Positions 28,639 through 38,569 of a DNA stretch of 64,000 nt are shown piece by piece. Position 1 is the first letter of the stretch, and each line of letters starts with the position of its first letter. Location: contig OZ245817.1 in assembly GCA_965228475.1 (NCBI GenBank), forward strand, positions 2,880,001-2,944,000, read 5' to 3'. A model generated the notes under the pieces. It ran no database searches. It saw only the letters and a list, made by a program, of their open reading frames with translations, and was not told the DNA's origin. The stretch is from Myxococcota bacterium (lineage in GTDB: Bacteria; Myxococcota_A; UBA9160; JAFDDA01). Made by a program: the position numbers and the translations under genes.

Positions 28639-29512
28639 GCTCGCGACGCTCCCGGAAGCCCCCGAACCGGCGCCGATGGCAAGAGAGGCCGTGGTTCCGC
28701 GCCGTTTCATCGGCCCGCCCGACTCGGCGTGGAATCCGACGCTCTCCCTGATGCTCGGGTGCGTCCTCGGTTTCCTCGCCATGGCCTTCGCGATGCGGGG
28801 CGCTCACCTGCCCGCGTGGATCGCCATCGCAGGGCTCGCCGTCTCCTACTACGTCGTCTTCACCGTCCTGCACGACGCCATGCACGGCGTCGCTCACCGG
28901 AACCGCACCGTCAACGCGTGGCTCGGCCGGGTCGCGGGCTTCGCGTTGATGCTGCCGTACCCGCTCTTCCGCGCGGCGCACCTGGCCCACCACACCCACA
29001 CGAACGACCCCGAGCGCGACCCGGACATCATGGTCGCCTACCGCCCGGCGTGGCTCCGGCCGGTGTGGTTCCTCCTGACGCCCGCCCACTACCGGCGAAT
29101 CGTCTATGGCACGGGGCCCCTGCGAGACGCGGCCGCGCGCCGCGAAGCCTTCGCCACCGAAGCGCTGCTCCTCGCGAGCATGGGCGCCGCCGTGGCGCTC
29201 GGGCACGGCATGACGCTCCTGCAGCTCTGGGTGATCCCCGCCGTCCTGGCCATCCTCTGGCTCGCCCTCGCCTTCGATCTGCTGCCGCACCACCCTCACA
29301 CGACCCGCGAGCGCTACTACGACACGCGCGCCTACCCCGGGCGCTTCCTGAACGCCGTACTGCTCGGCCAGAACTACCACCTGGTCCATCACCTCTGGAC
29401 GACGATCCCGTGGTACCGCTACCGCCACGCCTACCGAGAGGTCGAGGCCGACCTCCTCTCGCGCGGCGCCCCGATCGGATGGGGACGCCTCGCAGAGCGG
29501 CCGCCCGGTTGA
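28628..29512 (+). CDS. Membrane fatty acid desaturase / carotenoid hydroxylase-like di-iron enzyme
   Basis: His boxes HDAMH, HLAHH, PHHP and NYHLVHH; TNDPERDPD; hydrophobic segments. Confidence 0.88.
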   Translation: MPPELATLPEAPEPAPMAREAVVPRRFIGPPDSAWNPTLSLMLGCVLGFLAMAFAMRGAHLPAWIAIAGLAVSYYVVFTVLHDAMHGVAHRNRTVNAWLGRVAGFALMLPYPLFRAAHLAHHTHTNDPERDPDIMVAYRPAWLRPVWFLLTPAHYRRIVYGTGPLRDAAARREAFATEALLLASMGAAVALGHGMTLLQLWVIPAVLAILWLALAFDLLPHHPHTTRERYYDTRAYPGRFLNAVLLGQNYHLVHHLWTTIPWYRYRHAYREVEADLLSRGAPIGWGRLAERPPG

Positions 29513-29517
29513 GAGAC

Positions 29518-30828
29518 GTGCTGAACTCCCCCCGGATTCCGTTGTGGGCGGCGGCCCTCCTGCTCGCGAGCGGCGTTGCTTCCGCGGCGGAGGATGCCCT
29601 GCCGGGCAATGCGCCCCTTCGCGAGGGGGAGGTCATCTCCTTCGACGCCATCGACCGGCTCGAACCCCACCTGCCGCCCGAACTGTGGCCCTACCGGGAG
29701 TTCGTCTTCTACGAGGGAATGCAGCTCGAGATCGGACCGCCCTTCCGCGAGTACGGCCCGCCGCCCGTCTATCGGGAGGCGACCGAGACGAACCGCGGCA
29801 AGGCGCGCATCGGCCCCGACGGGAGCCTCGAGAACTACGCCGCCGGCCAGCCTTTCCCCATGGAGGAGATCGACTGCGAGGGCGACCCCCAGGCCGGCGA
29901 GAAGATCATCTGGAACTTCGACTACCGCTGGCAGGGCGCCGGAACGGCCGGCCACGGCTACTACTCCTATTGGGATCGTGGGGAAGAACTGCCCCTGTAC
30001 TACGAAGGATGGGCCCGCCAGGTCTGGCTCGCCCACCGGCCCGAGCCTCAGTACGCCGGGAACGGAGGCGATCTCTTTCGCGGCGAAAAGCGCAAGCTCG
30101 CCTACGGCGTCGAGGTCTGGGCGCCCTTCGACGCCAAGGGCATCTCGCTCCTCAGCTACCGCTACAAGTCGGCCGACGGCCCGCTCGCGGACGCGAAGAA
30201 CGACGATACCTGGGTCTACGTCCCGGCCCTGCGGCGCGTGAGGCGCATCTCGACGGCCCAGCGCACCGACGCCGTCTCCGGCACGGACTTCACGTTCGAC
30301 GACTTCTCGGGCTTCTTCGGAATCCCCCCGCAATACGAATGGAGCTGCCTCGGCCGGGTGGACGTCCTCGCCACGGTGAACTCGAAGGTCAAGGCCTACC
30401 CCTACACGAAGGATCACAACTTCGGGCCCTACGGCCTGTCCTTCGCCAACGATCGCTGGGAGATGCGGCGCGCCTTCAAGATCCGTTTCGTCCCCAAGAA
30501 CGACGACCACCCGTACGCCTACAAGACGCTCTACATCGATCGGGACACCGCAGAGATGCTCTACTCCTTTGCCTACGACCGGAAGGAGGAGCTCTGGAAG
30601 ATCATCTACCACAACAAGCGCTGGAGTGAGGACGGCCACGAGTTCTACGAGGGCTGGAAGGACGTCCCGAAACCCATGGACAGCGTCTCGATCGCCGACG
30701 TCGTCTTGAACGTCCAGACGGGAACGGGCAACCGGATCGAGTTCTGGGACGCCCACGGCACGCCGCTCAAGAGCAAGGGAAAGACCCGGCGCTTCATCGA
30801 CATCGGCCGCCTGAACCAGGGGCGCTGA
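29518..30828 (+). CDS. DUF1329 family periplasmic protein (start 29509 or 29518)
   Basis: Signal peptide; AGQPFP, DPQAG.KI.WN, DDTWVYVPALRRVRRIS, YDRK.ELWK. Confidence 0.82.
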   Translation: MLNSPRIPLWAAALLLASGVASAAEDALPGNAPLREGEVISFDAIDRLEPHLPPELWPYREFVFYEGMQLEIGPPFREYGPPPVYREATETNRGKARIGPDGSLENYAAGQPFPMEEIDCEGDPQAGEKIIWNFDYRWQGAGTAGHGYYSYWDRGEELPLYYEGWARQVWLAHRPEPQYAGNGGDLFRGEKRKLAYGVEVWAPFDAKGISLLSYRYKSADGPLADAKNDDTWVYVPALRRVRRISTAQRTDAVSGTDFTFDDFSGFFGIPPQYEWSCLGRVDVLATVNSKVKAYPYTKDHNFGPYGLSFANDRWEMRRAFKIRFVPKNDDHPYAYKTLYIDRDTAEMLYSFAYDRKEELWKIIYHNKRWSEDGHEFYEGWKDVPKPMDSVSIADVVLNVQTGTGNRIEFWDAHGTPLKSKGKTRRFIDIGRLNQGR

Positions 30829-30832
30829 GCCG

Positions 30833-33778
30833 GTGCGTCGCGCTCCCCTCCTGCTCGCCGCGGTCCTCGCCCTCCTGTCCGCCAGCGCCGCGGCGGATTC
30901 CCGCCCCAAGCTGGTCTCGCCGGATGCGGGGCGATTCCGGGTCGGCGGATACGTCGAACAGCAGCTCCGGGCCCTGGCGGACGGCTTCGACATGGACCGG
31001 GGCTACCTGAGCCAATGGGCGTGGGTGCTCGACGTCGAGCCGGAGTTCGAGATCGCGCCCGACGGCTGGGGACCCTTCGACAGTCTCTCCGCCTTCGCCC
31101 GCATCGAGGCGCGCTACGAGTGCGTCTTCACGGGCTGCGGCAGCACGACCTGGCAGCACTTCGGCAACCGCGCGCGCCGGGCCCCCGCGCGCAACTGGGC
31201 CGATGCCGAGACCGAGCGCTTCGTCGGCGGCATCGGGCTTGCGGGCGTCGGCGTGGGACAGCGCGACGTCCACACCAACGCGCTGAAGCTCCTCGATGCC
31301 ACCTTCACACCGCGCTTCGAGCGCTTCTTCGACGTCGGGATCCCGCGCTCGACGGTACGCTCGGCGCTCGGCCCCCTCGGCGACGACCGCTTCGCCTTCA
31401 AGCGCATCGACGGGCCCCGCGAGGGTCTCGCCCTCCCCCTCGGGCCGTGGAACCCCTCGTCGGAGATCGAATCCGTCTCCCCTCTCGCCGGCCGACCGTC
31501 GTCGACGCTCGCCCTGCCCCTGCGGCCCTCCACCGGCGACCTCTACACGCCGAGCGCCGCGCTACTTCGCCGGATCGACGAGTTCGACGACTTCGACCAG
31601 AACTTCCGGCAGAGCGATCTCGAGTGGAACCACGGGGCGAGCCAGGACGAGTACGAGTTGAAGGAGGCGTACATCGACGCCGAGCTGTTCGACGGCCGGC
31701 TCTGGATCCGGGCGGGCAAGCAGAACGTCGTCTGGGGGAAGACCGAGCTCTTCCGCACCACCGACCAGATGAACCCGATCGACATCGGGCTCGCCTCACT
31801 CCCGAGCCTCGAGGAGAGCCGCGTAGCGCTCTGGGCGTTCCGGGCGACCTGGTCGGCCTACGAGATCGGCCCTCTCGAAGACGTGCGGCTCGAAGTGGCG
31901 GTGAACCTCGACGACTTCGAACCCATCGACACCGGACGGTGCGGGGAACCCTATACCGTGTGGCTCATCTGCGCGAAGTCGACGGGACTCTGGGCACACG
32001 GCGCACTCGGAGCGGGCATTGCCGGCGAGATCAAACCCCCGGACCCCTGGGACGACATCGCCGGCCTCGAGTTCGGCGCGCGCATCGAGTTCCGATGGGG
32101 GCGGTTCAGCGTCGCCATCACGGACTTCTACGGCTTCGACGACGTCCCCGCGATCGAGCTCTTCAACGAGTACGAGCGCAAGGTCGACCCGCAGACCGGG
32201 CGGCCCCTCGCCGGCGACGGTTCCCGTCTCACGGCCTCGAACGCACTCCTGGGTGCTGCGGCCAACCGGCAGGGATTCGACGTCGGCTGCGCCGCGAGCC
32301 AGGGCTTTGGCCAACGCGCCCTGCTCGCCCTCGTCGGCGGGAGCGGCATCGTCCCGGACATCAGCGACCGCTGCCTCGGTGACGTCGTGAACCTGCGCGA
32401 CCCGGTCACGCTGATCACGAACCTGCTCGGCCCACCGATCGGCATCGTGGGCGAGGTCCCGAACGTGATCGGGGCCGTTCTCGCTGGCCAGACCGCCGGC
32501 AACCTCATCCTCGAGGGCGCCCTGAACGGACTCGATGCAGCCCTGATCTCCTTCGTCGGCATGACCCTCCCCCAGCGCCTGGCGCCGCTCAACCGGGACG
32601 CCGCGAGCGACGGCGCCCTCGGCGGCGGCCTCTTCGGCACGAACTGCCCGGGCGGCGCGATCGGCCTGGTGCTCTGCCCCGCGCTCTCGGACGACAACCT
32701 GAGCTTCTACCTGAGCGACGCCCAGGAAGCCCTGCTCGGCTGCGGGCCCTTCTACGGGACGGACTGCGACGTCCAAGGCATCGACTTCTTCCACACCGAA
32801 GCGAGCGTCCTGCTCCAGGCGGTACCCGGCTTCGAGGACAACCCGGTCGCCACGCGCTTCGTCGACGGGCGGCTCGTGATGCTCCCCGGCTCGCGCGGCC
32901 CGGGCGACCCGGGCTACGACGTGCGGGTCGACGGAACCCCCCCGGCCGGTTTCCGGAGCGAGATGGCCGCGGTCTCCTTCAACGCGATGCAGGCCATTGC
33001 CGTCCTCGGCATCGCCGAGGGCGACACCGCCTGCAACCTGCTCGACGTCTCCACCTGCGCGGCCGTGCGCGCCTTCGTCGCCCTGACCGGCTCCCAGCGG
33101 CCAGAGCTCCGTTCCGGCGGCAACGGCGCCTACGGACGCCGCGACTTCACCTGGCACGGCGGCGGCCAGGCGCTGATCCGCTACGACCGGCGGAACGTCT
33201 TCGGGGTCTCCTTCGATTTCCCGGAGGACCGCACGAAGAGCAACTGGAGCTTCGAATTCACCTGGGTCGAAGACCAGACCTTCGCGAGCAACACGTCCGA
33301 AGACCTGCTCCAGAAGGCCGACGTGCTGAATCTCACGATCTCCGCCGACCGGCCGACCTTCGTGAACTTCCTCAATGCCAACCGGACGATCTTCCTGAAC
33401 TCCCAGGTCTTCTTCCGCTACATCCCCGACCACGACTCGAGCTTCGACACGAACGGGCCACTCTCGATCCTTGCCACGCTTGCCATCGTGACGGGCTACT
33501 ACCAGGACCGGCTGCTGCCCGCCCTCGTCCTCGTGCACGACTTCTGGTCGGCCTCGGGCGGCGCGATCTTCCAGACCACCTACCGGATCAACGAGGCCTT
33601 CTCGATCACGGCGGGGCTCCTCGCCTTCTACGGGAAGCCCGAGAACAACCGCATCCCGCGCCACCCGATCCAGCTCTTCGACACCCAGACCGAGTTCGAC
33701 GTCGGGACCCGCTTCGACGGTCTCTCGGCGATCTCGGAGCGGGACGAGATCTTCCTGACGCTCCGCTATACGTTCTGA
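30833..33778 (+). CDS. DUF1302 family outer-membrane protein with large Cys-containing insertions
   Basis: Signal peptide; ELKEAYID, RAGKQNVVWGKTELFRTTD.NP.D; C-terminal aromatic beta-strand LRYTF; adjacent to DUF1329. Confidence 0.72.
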   Translation: MRRAPLLLAAVLALLSASAAADSRPKLVSPDAGRFRVGGYVEQQLRALADGFDMDRGYLSQWAWVLDVEPEFEIAPDGWGPFDSLSAFARIEARYECVFTGCGSTTWQHFGNRARRAPARNWADAETERFVGGIGLAGVGVGQRDVHTNALKLLDATFTPRFERFFDVGIPRSTVRSALGPLGDDRFAFKRIDGPREGLALPLGPWNPSSEIESVSPLAGRPSSTLALPLRPSTGDLYTPSAALLRRIDEFDDFDQNFRQSDLEWNHGASQDEYELKEAYIDAELFDGRLWIRAGKQNVVWGKTELFRTTDQMNPIDIGLASLPSLEESRVALWAFRATWSAYEIGPLEDVRLEVAVNLDDFEPIDTGRCGEPYTVWLICAKSTGLWAHGALGAGIAGEIKPPDPWDDIAGLEFGARIEFRWGRFSVAITDFYGFDDVPAIELFNEYERKVDPQTGRPLAGDGSRLTASNALLGAAANRQGFDVGCAASQGFGQRALLALVGGSGIVPDISDRCLGDVVNLRDPVTLITNLLGPPIGIVGEVPNVIGAVLAGQTAGNLILEGALNGLDAALISFVGMTLPQRLAPLNRDAASDGALGGGLFGTNCPGGAIGLVLCPALSDDNLSFYLSDAQEALLGCGPFYGTDCDVQGIDFFHTEASVLLQAVPGFEDNPVATRFVDGRLVMLPGSRGPGDPGYDVRVDGTPPAGFRSEMAAVSFNAMQAIAVLGIAEGDTACNLLDVSTCAAVRAFVALTGSQRPELRSGGNGAYGRRDFTWHGGGQALIRYDRRNVFGVSFDFPEDRTKSNWSFEFTWVEDQTFASNTSEDLLQKADVLNLTISADRPTFVNFLNANRTIFLNSQVFFRYIPDHDSSFDTNGPLSILATLAIVTGYYQDRLLPALVLVHDFWSASGGAIFQTTYRINEAFSITAGLLAFYGKPENNRIPRHPIQLFDTQTEFDVGTRFDGLSAISERDEIFLTLRYTF

Positions 33779-33799
33779 CTCGGAACGGAGGGCCCAAGG

Positions 33800-34783
33800 A
33801 TGAGCGTCAACGAAGCAGAGCCATCGGATCCTCGCCTCGAACCCCGCCTGCGCCCGCTGCTGGCCATCTTCGGCCGGCTGCGGGACGACCCGGACGCCAA
33901 CATGGCCACGCTCCGCGAGCAGGGCGCGAGGCTGAACCGCGCGGCCGGCTGGCTGCTCGTCCGGCACGGGCCCCGCGACGTCGAGACCTCGGAGGTCTCG
34001 GCTCCGGTCGACGGCGGAGAGATCCGCATCCGCATCTACCGTCCGCGTTCGACCGCCGGCCAGCGCCTTCCGCTCTACGTCTTCCTGCACGGCGGTGGCT
34101 GGTGCGTCGGCAACCTCGACGAACGCGACCCCCGGTGCCGGACCATCGCGGCCGAAGCCCGCTGCGTCGTCGCCTCGGTCGACTACCGGCTGGCGCCCGA
34201 GAACCGCTACCCCGTTCCCCTCGAGGACTGCTACGCCGCGCTCTGCTGGCTCGCCGGAAACGGCGACCGTTTCGAGATCGATCCAACGCGGATCGCGATC
34301 GGTGGGGAATCCGCGGGCGGGAACCTCGCCGCTGCGGTGTGCCTTCTCGCGCGGAATCGGTCGGGCCCGGCGCTGTGCCACCAATGGCTGGACGTCCCGT
34401 CGGTGGATGCGACGTGTACGCAGGAAGGGTTCGCCAACGTCGAGGACGGCTACATGCTCGACACCGCGATGATCGACCGCTTCCTCGCGTGCTACCTCGA
34501 CGACGCCCAGGATCGCAGGGACCCCCTCGTCTCGCCGCTGTTCGCGGCGGACCACTCGGGCCTCCCGCCGGCCTTCATCACCACCTGCGAGTTCGACCAC
34601 CTGCGCGGAGACGGCGCCGCCTACGCCGAGGTCTTGACCAAGGCCGGCGTCGCCGCGGAGCACGCTCGCCTGGCGGGCCACATCCACGCCTCCTTCGCGC
34701 TCACCCGCCTGCTTCCGTCGGCGCGCGCGCACGAAGAGCGAGCGATCGAGGCGCTCGCAGCGGCCTTCCGCCGCGCCGCCTGA
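33800..34783 (+). CDS. Alpha/beta hydrolase, HSL (family IV) esterase
   Basis: HGGGW, VDYRLAPE, GESAGG, FD.LR, H. Confidence 0.92.
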   Translation: MSVNEAEPSDPRLEPRLRPLLAIFGRLRDDPDANMATLREQGARLNRAAGWLLVRHGPRDVETSEVSAPVDGGEIRIRIYRPRSTAGQRLPLYVFLHGGGWCVGNLDERDPRCRTIAAEARCVVASVDYRLAPENRYPVPLEDCYAALCWLAGNGDRFEIDPTRIAIGGESAGGNLAAAVCLLARNRSGPALCHQWLDVPSVDATCTQEGFANVEDGYMLDTAMIDRFLACYLDDAQDRRDPLVSPLFAADHSGLPPAFITTCEFDHLRGDGAAYAEVLTKAGVAAEHARLAGHIHASFALTRLLPSARAHEERAIEALAAAFRRAA

Positions 34784-34787
34784 CGGC

Positions 34788-34991
34788 TCAGTCGATCGGG
34801 CGGTCCCAATCGGCCGGGTGGTCGAGCTCCGGGTCCGGCTCGGCGTCTCCACCGAGCTGCCGCTCGAGCATCTTCTTGGCAAGACCATCGAGGCCCGTGG
34901 TCCGGGTCGTCATGGCCCGCCGCGCCAGCCGGGTCAACAGCTCGACCTTCAGCTCGCGCACGCGCTGATCCCGCTCGCTGCGAATCGTCAT
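34788..34991 (-). CDS. Small hypothetical protein (67 aa), coupled to the upstream oxidoreductase
   Basis: ATGA overlap with the stop at 34988; helical-looking sequence MTIRSERDQRVRELKVELL...; fills the gap to the convergent esterase. Confidence 0.6.
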   Translation of the reverse strand: MTIRSERDQRVRELKVELLTRLARRAMTTRTTGLDGLAKKMLERQLGGDAEPDPELDHPADWDRPID

Positions 34992-37213
34992 TGCGCCCCC
35001 AGGGTCGTCGCGGACATGCCCTCGGGCGGGTCGCAAGGCACGAGCCTTCCCGGGTAGCCCTTGAAGTGCGGGATCCCCTGCTCGCGGTCGAGCAGCTCGT
35101 CGGTGTCGACGGTGAGGACGGCATCCGAGGAAACGAAGGCACCGGCGAGATCGAGATTCCCGCGGGTTTCCGGGTACCACCAGCCGTGCGGGACCCGCAC
35201 GTGGCCCGGCCGCATCCCGGCCTGCACGCTGACCTTGGCGTGGACGTGGCCGTGCTCGGTTTCGAGCCGCGCCCACGCGCCGTCGACGAGCCCCTCGCGC
35301 GCGGCGTCCTCGGGATGGACGTAGAAGTGCGGAGCCGGCTGGCGTCGGCGCAAGACGCCGACGTTGCGCTGCCCGGTCTGGAAGAACGGGTCCTCGCGCA
35401 CCCCCGAGAACACGAGGTAGGGGTACTCCGCGGTCGGCGCCGGCGCGGGCCGGTGATAGGGAAGCGGGTCGAAGCCGAGGTCCGCGAGGATCGAAGAAGA
35501 GAGCTCGACCTTGCCCGACGGCGTCGCGAAGCCCTTCTTGCGGTACTTGCGGAACTTCGGGACCGGCAGGTCCATCACGGTCGTCTCGCGGAACTCCTTC
35601 CAGGTGCGCCCGGAGGGCTCGAGCCGATGGTCGTGGAGCGCCTCGGCCGTCTCCCAGGGGAAATGCGCGCCGAGGCCCATCCGGTGGGCGAGATCCGTCC
35701 AGAACCGGAAGGTCGAGCTCGCCTCCTCGGGCGCCTCCGCAACGGCCTCCGAGAGGGCCAGGCGGTCGCTCCAGGCCCAGGTGTCGGCGATGTGGTTGCG
35801 TTCGCTGAATACGTCGCCCGGCAGCACGTAGTCGGCGAGCATCGCCGTCGGCGTCATGAAGATCTCGTGGGCGACGATCAGGTCCTGGTTCATCAGCGCG
35901 CGGCGGATCTGATGCTGGTTCGGGTACGAGAGCAGCGTGTTGTTGCCGAGCGTGAAGAAGGCCTTCACCGGGTACGGGTCCCCGTCCGCCATCGCGCGGA
36001 AGACCTCGGTCGGGTTGGCCATGTGGCAGCCCATGACCTGGTCGACCCACGGCTCGCCCCAGACGCGCTCGAGGTGGGGCTTCAGGATCTCCGCCGTCCG
36101 GTAGGTGTAGACCGGGTGCTTCTCGTAGCCGAGCTGCTTCTTGCGCTGCTCGGGCGAGATCACGTCGTGGAGCTGGAGCTCCGCCTCGCTGCGCCAATCG
36201 TCACGAAGCCCGTGCAGGAGCTCGCCGCCCACGACGTCGAGGTTCCCGGTGATCGCACGAAGGATCGATTGCAGGCGGATCCCCGAGGTCGAGTCGAGCT
36301 GCTGGTCGGTGATCGGGGTCCAGGGAATGACGGCGCCGTCGGCATTCGCGTAGATGCGCGCGGCCTCGGCGATCTTCTCCGCGTCGACGCCGGTGATCTC
36401 GGCGACCCGCTCGAGGGGGTACTCGTCGACGCGCTCGGCGAGCTCCTTGAAGCCGACGCACCAATCGCGGACGAAGTCCTTGTCGTAGAGCCCCTCGTCG
36501 ATGATCACCTTGGTCATGCCGAGCAGCAGCGCGGCGTCCGTTCCGGCGCGGATCTGCAGGTGGAGCGTCGCGCGCTCGGCCTGCTCCGAGACCCGGGGGT
36601 CGACGACGATCGTCTTGGCGCCGCGCTTCCGGGCCGCTTCGATCATGTTGTAGATCGGCGTCCAGGAGTGCTTGCGCGGATTGTGGCCGAGCAGGAGGAT
36701 GCAGTTCGAGGCGGCGATGTCGGGGAACGGCATCCAGCCGTAGGTCAGGCGGTTCACCGCGGCGGTGTTGCCCGCGCAGAGCGCCACGCCCGAAATCCAG
36801 TTGGGCGCGCCGAGCAGGTTCATGAGCCGCCGATCGAGGCCGTAGGTGGTCTGGGTGTTCCAGCCCGAGGTCGAGACGGCGAAGGCCTCCGCGCCGTGGG
36901 CATCGATCACGCCGCGGAGGCGCTCGGCGATCTCGTCCATCGCCTGCTCGTAGGAGATCTCCTCCCAGCGGTCCTCACCGCGGGCGCCGACGCGCTTCAG
37001 CGGCACGCGCAGGCGGTCGGCATGGTTGTGGACGTGCGGCGCGGCCGTCCCCTTGTAACAGACGTTCTTCGCGAGCACGGGCGAGTCGTGGGCTCGCATC
37101 CGCTCGAGCCGTCCATCGACGGACTCGGCGCGCAGCTGGCAGCCGATGTCGCAGATCGAGCAGACGGTGTAGCCGGTTCGCCGCTCGGAGCCGTTGGCGT
37201 GCGGTGCGGTCAT
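34988..37213 (-). CDS. Mo/W bis-PGD enzyme, acetylene hydratase-like
   Basis: CSICDIGC...CYKG [4Fe-4S] motif with Asp next to Cys, NW.S...CAGN, IPW...DQ, MANPT, ADYVLPGD, ATPSGKVEL, VRED, PHGWW, LD.EQG.P; collinear with acetylene hydratase as I recall it. Confidence 0.85.
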   Translation of the reverse strand: MTAPHANGSERRTGYTVCSICDIGCQLRAESVDGRLERMRAHDSPVLAKNVCYKGTAAPHVHNHADRLRVPLKRVGARGEDRWEEISYEQAMDEIAERLRGVIDAHGAEAFAVSTSGWNTQTTYGLDRRLMNLLGAPNWISGVALCAGNTAAVNRLTYGWMPFPDIAASNCILLLGHNPRKHSWTPIYNMIEAARKRGAKTIVVDPRVSEQAERATLHLQIRAGTDAALLLGMTKVIIDEGLYDKDFVRDWCVGFKELAERVDEYPLERVAEITGVDAEKIAEAARIYANADGAVIPWTPITDQQLDSTSGIRLQSILRAITGNLDVVGGELLHGLRDDWRSEAELQLHDVISPEQRKKQLGYEKHPVYTYRTAEILKPHLERVWGEPWVDQVMGCHMANPTEVFRAMADGDPYPVKAFFTLGNNTLLSYPNQHQIRRALMNQDLIVAHEIFMTPTAMLADYVLPGDVFSERNHIADTWAWSDRLALSEAVAEAPEEASSTFRFWTDLAHRMGLGAHFPWETAEALHDHRLEPSGRTWKEFRETTVMDLPVPKFRKYRKKGFATPSGKVELSSSILADLGFDPLPYHRPAPAPTAEYPYLVFSGVREDPFFQTGQRNVGVLRRRQPAPHFYVHPEDAAREGLVDGAWARLETEHGHVHAKVSVQAGMRPGHVRVPHGWWYPETRGNLDLAGAFVSSDAVLTVDTDELLDREQGIPHFKGYPGRLVPCDPPEGMSATTLGAQ

Positions 37214-37809
37214 CGCGGGGTCTCCCCTTCTCGCCCGATCCGGGCGTCGTGTTCGTGAGCCAGGCGCAGGAGCTGCTCGAGGACGCGCGCCTCGTGTCCC
37301 ACCGGGCCGCCGCTCGTCGCGCGGCCGAGCGCGAGGCCGAGCATCGTCTCCCGCGCCAGCAGGACGAAGGTTTGCGCGGGCTCGTCGACCAGCACATCCG
37401 GGCGCGTCTCGGGGGAGACGAGCTTCGCGAAGCGTTCGACCACCGGCCCGATCGAGGCCCCGAGCGCCGGATCGTTCGCCGCCGCGAGCCAGGCCTCGAT
37501 CACGACCTTGAAATCGATCGTCGTCATCGTCTCCCAGGTCGTGGTCACGAGATCCGTGACGCTGGCGGGCGACGGCCGGGCCGCCGCCGCGGCCGAGAGC
37601 GCGGCGTAGCGATGCTCGAGGGCGGCGGCGAAGAGCCCCGGCAGCCCCTGGAAGTGGTGGACGAAGGCGCCGCGGGTCAGGCCGGCCCGGCCGCAGACGG
37701 CCACCGAGGTGACGCCTCCCCAGCCGCTTTCGACCAGAAGCTCGAGGGTCGCCCGAATGAGGGCTTCTCTCGTGCCCGCAGAACGCTCGGCCTGGGTTCG
37801 TCTCGCCAT
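37210..37809 (-). CDS. TetR/AcrR family regulator
   Basis: RRTQAERS..TREALI.AT, RAGLTRGAFVHHF; stop overlaps the oxidoreductase start. Confidence 0.88.
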   Translation of the reverse strand: MARRTQAERSAGTREALIRATLELLVESGWGGVTSVAVCGRAGLTRGAFVHHFQGLPGLFAAALEHRYAALSAAAAARPSPASVTDLVTTTWETMTTIDFKVVIEAWLAAANDPALGASIGPVVERFAKLVSPETRPDVLVDEPAQTFVLLARETMLGLALGRATSGGPVGHEARVLEQLLRLAHEHDARIGREGETPR

Positions 37810-37830
37810 GGAGGGAACCCTAGCATAATT

Positions 37831-37844
37831 ATTCATCGATGTAT
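37831..37844. promoter_or_regulatory. Candidate TetR operator
   Basis: Imperfect palindrome ATTCATCGATGTAT in an AT-rich divergent intergenic region. Confidence 0.45.
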
Positions 37845-37873
37845 GTATCTTTCTACCCTGCTATCGTGAGGCC

Positions 37874-38569
37874 GTGCCCGGCGGCTTCGCGCGGCTGAGG
37901 GGCGAACACGCCCTCGCCGTCTACATCGATCTCAAGAGTCCCTACGCCTACCTCGCGATCGACCCGACGCGGGCCATGGCCGCGCGCCTCGGCGTACCGA
38001 TCGACTGGCGCCCCTTCACCCTCGACATCCCGAGCTATCTCGGCTCCGCCAAGCTCGCCAAGGGCGGCCGCAAGGTCGAGAAGGCGGAGCGCAGTGCGAC
38101 CCAGTGGTCGGGCGTGAAGTACGCCTACATGGACGCCCGCCGCTACGCGAACCTCACCGGCAAGACGGTGCGCGGCACGGTGAAGATCTGGGATTCGAAC
38201 CTCGCCGGGATCGCCATGCTCTGGGCGAAGCGGCACGGCGCCGAAGCGCTCGACCGCGTGCTCGACGCGGCCTACCCGGTGTTCTGGCGCCGCGAGCTCG
38301 ACATCGAAGACCTCGCCGTCCTCGAGGGCGTGCTCACCGCGGCGCGCGTTCCGCTCGACGGTTTCCGCCCCTACGTCGAGGGCGAAGGCCGCACGGAGCA
38401 CGACGCCCTGAACGAGGCCGCGTTCGATGCGGGGGTCTACGGCGTACCGACCTACCTCGCCGGGGACGAGGCCTGGTTCGGCCGGGAGCACCTTCCGCGG
38501 GTGTCCTGGCTCCTGGCGGGCCGTCCGGGGCCCCCGCCCGACGTCGCCAATCGGAGCTTCGCCCCGTGA
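37874..38569 (+). CDS. DsbA-fold HCCA isomerase / kappa-GST-like protein
   Basis: YIDLKSPYAYLA, W.PF.LD, GVYGVPTY....WFGREHLP. Confidence 0.82.
   Translation: MPGGFARLRGEHALAVYIDLKSPYAYLAIDPTRAMAARLGVPIDWRPFTLDIPSYLGSAKLAKGGRKVEKAERSATQWSGVKYAYMDARRYANLTGKTVRGTVKIWDSNLAGIAMLWAKRHGAEALDRVLDAAYPVFWRRELDIEDLAVLEGVLTAARVPLDGFRPYVEGEGRTEHDALNEAAFDAGVYGVPTYLAGDEAWFGREHLPRVSWLLAGRPGPPPDVANRSFAP

Noticed and set aside
31796..34888. 1030-aa minus-strand ORF
   Set aside because: Antisense shadow of the DUF1302-like and esterase genes; no recognisable motifs.
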